Source of the DNA: Camelus ferus
Lineage: Eukaryota
DNA length: 64,000 bases
Assembly: GCF_009834535.1 (NCBI RefSeq)
Contig: NC_045696.1
Coordinates: 9,488,001-9,552,000, forward strand
Direction of reading: 5' to 3'
Shown here one piece after another: positions 62,601-64,000 of this stretch (the first letter of the stretch is position 1; each line of letters starts with the position of its first letter). Position numbers and translations under genes: made by a program. The notes under the pieces were generated by a model. It saw only the letters and a list, made by a program, of their open reading frames with translations, ran no database searches and was not told the DNA's origin.

Positions 62601-64000
62601 GGATGAAAACTATGCTGTATTATTAGCAATTACTCATGGCCTTAAACCTTTTTAGAAATAAGGTGGGATGCAGACATATATAACTATATTAATAGTATAA
62701 ATTTTAAAATACAAAATAAATAATGTTAATAAAATAAACACGAAAATAATTTCAATGCTATTATACTACATTAGAGAGGTTTTCATTTGGTTGCCCACTG
62801 AGCTCTTTCCAGAGCGTCTTACACTTTATTATTTCCTCTCACAGTCACATTGTAGTTGAATTGAATTTAATGCTTTGCATCCTTGTTCAACTCAGCAACC
62901 CCTTATGGAATCATTCTGGGTGCTGGAGTGGGGATAAGGTGAGCAAAACACCTCTTCTCGAGCTTCTGGAAGGAAGTGTACAGACAAGCGCACAGATGAT
63001 ATGAGCGGTTCAAAGGAGGGGAGGGGAGGGGACATCTGGTAGGGGCTTCGTATCCAGGTTGGCATAGGAGCCCGCTTTTGGAAGACCAGTAGGATTTTAG
63101 CAAGCAAACATGGTGGCTGTGCCCCTGTTGCAGAGAGAGCATCAAAAGCAAGAGATACGGAAGTTGTGGGCTTATTCCATGCCTCCCAAAACTCTGTGGT
63201 ATAGTCAGAGGAGGTTCCATTTTTCCCAGTTTTCAGATGAGGAAACTGAGGCTCCCCAAATTCATTTAATTTGCTGAAGGTGAGTTTCTTCCTTCTGTGG
63301 GACTTCAGCTACCCTGCTGGAGTCTGGAAACCCTCCACGCCAACATGCTTGTACTTTTTCCCATGTTGAGTTTGACCAGGTCCCTTTCCTCGGCTCCCTG
63401 GTTCACATTTCTGTCCTTCACATCCCAAAGCTCCTCTCGGTCACATGCAGAGAGGTCTGGGAAGCTCTTGGTCCTGTGACCAGACTCAAGAGCCCCACCC
63501 CACATCCAGCAGGGAGGCGACAGAAAGCCCTTTTCAGATCTGTGAGGACAGCCGGATGCTGTGCTTCTGCACCAGTTTCACCCTGAGTTTTGGAGGCCCC
63601 GCCGCCTAGTGACTCCCCTCTCGGGACAGAGGAAGGTGCGAAGCCCAAGGCAAAGGCAGCTGCCTGCCTGGGAGGGTCTGGGTCCCACTGGCTTCTTCTC
63701 TGCTAGGAGGTAAATACATCTCCAGAATTTGGAGCTAGTGCTGTGATAAAGATGAAAACAGTTGACAGTTATTTCCAAAGAAAATTGGCTCATAGAATTT
63801 TTGACAGTAAGATTATAGTCACCCAAATTAAGCTTATCCATAATTGTTCCTACTGCAATTCTGCTTCAAGACTGGATGCTCTTTTAGGGATACTTAAGGA
63901 ATGCTGTTAAGAATGACAGGCATGTCGTCCCCATCCCACCTGGGTAAGTGAGCTCAGGTCCCAGAGAGCCCCGTGGCTTGTCTAGGGCTAAGCCAGGGCT

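Overview
Mammalian genomic DNA, probably camelid (alpaca, llama or camel), inferred from tRNA-derived Vic-1-type SINEs and a distinctive L1 3' end. The core is RCAN1 (DSCR1/MCIP1) on the + strand. The complete RCAN1.4 isoform assembles from four exons (27985-28071, 30714-30887, 32900-33059, 35263-35435; 594 nt, 197 aa, all introns GT-AG). It has an NFAT/CRE/AP-1/TATA promoter upstream and a ~1.6 kb 3'UTR. The first ~27 kb is inferred to be the long intron below RCAN1 exon 1, which lies outside the window. That intron holds a processed pseudogene of TMEM167A (kish-A) at ~11194-12735, missed by the ORF track because of a premature TGA. Downstream is repeat-rich intergenic DNA with two solo ERV LTRs carrying 4-bp TSDs. 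A CpG island at ~61 kb looks like the KCNE1 promoter and non-coding first exon. I see no wholly new biological system. The best leads are the retrocopy, SINE copies with extra 3' sequence, apparent KCNE1 5'UTR exon turnover, and several candidate enhancers. Nearly all other listed ORFs are spurious. Repeat family names and human comparisons are by eye and from memory, and need RepeatMasker or alignment checks.
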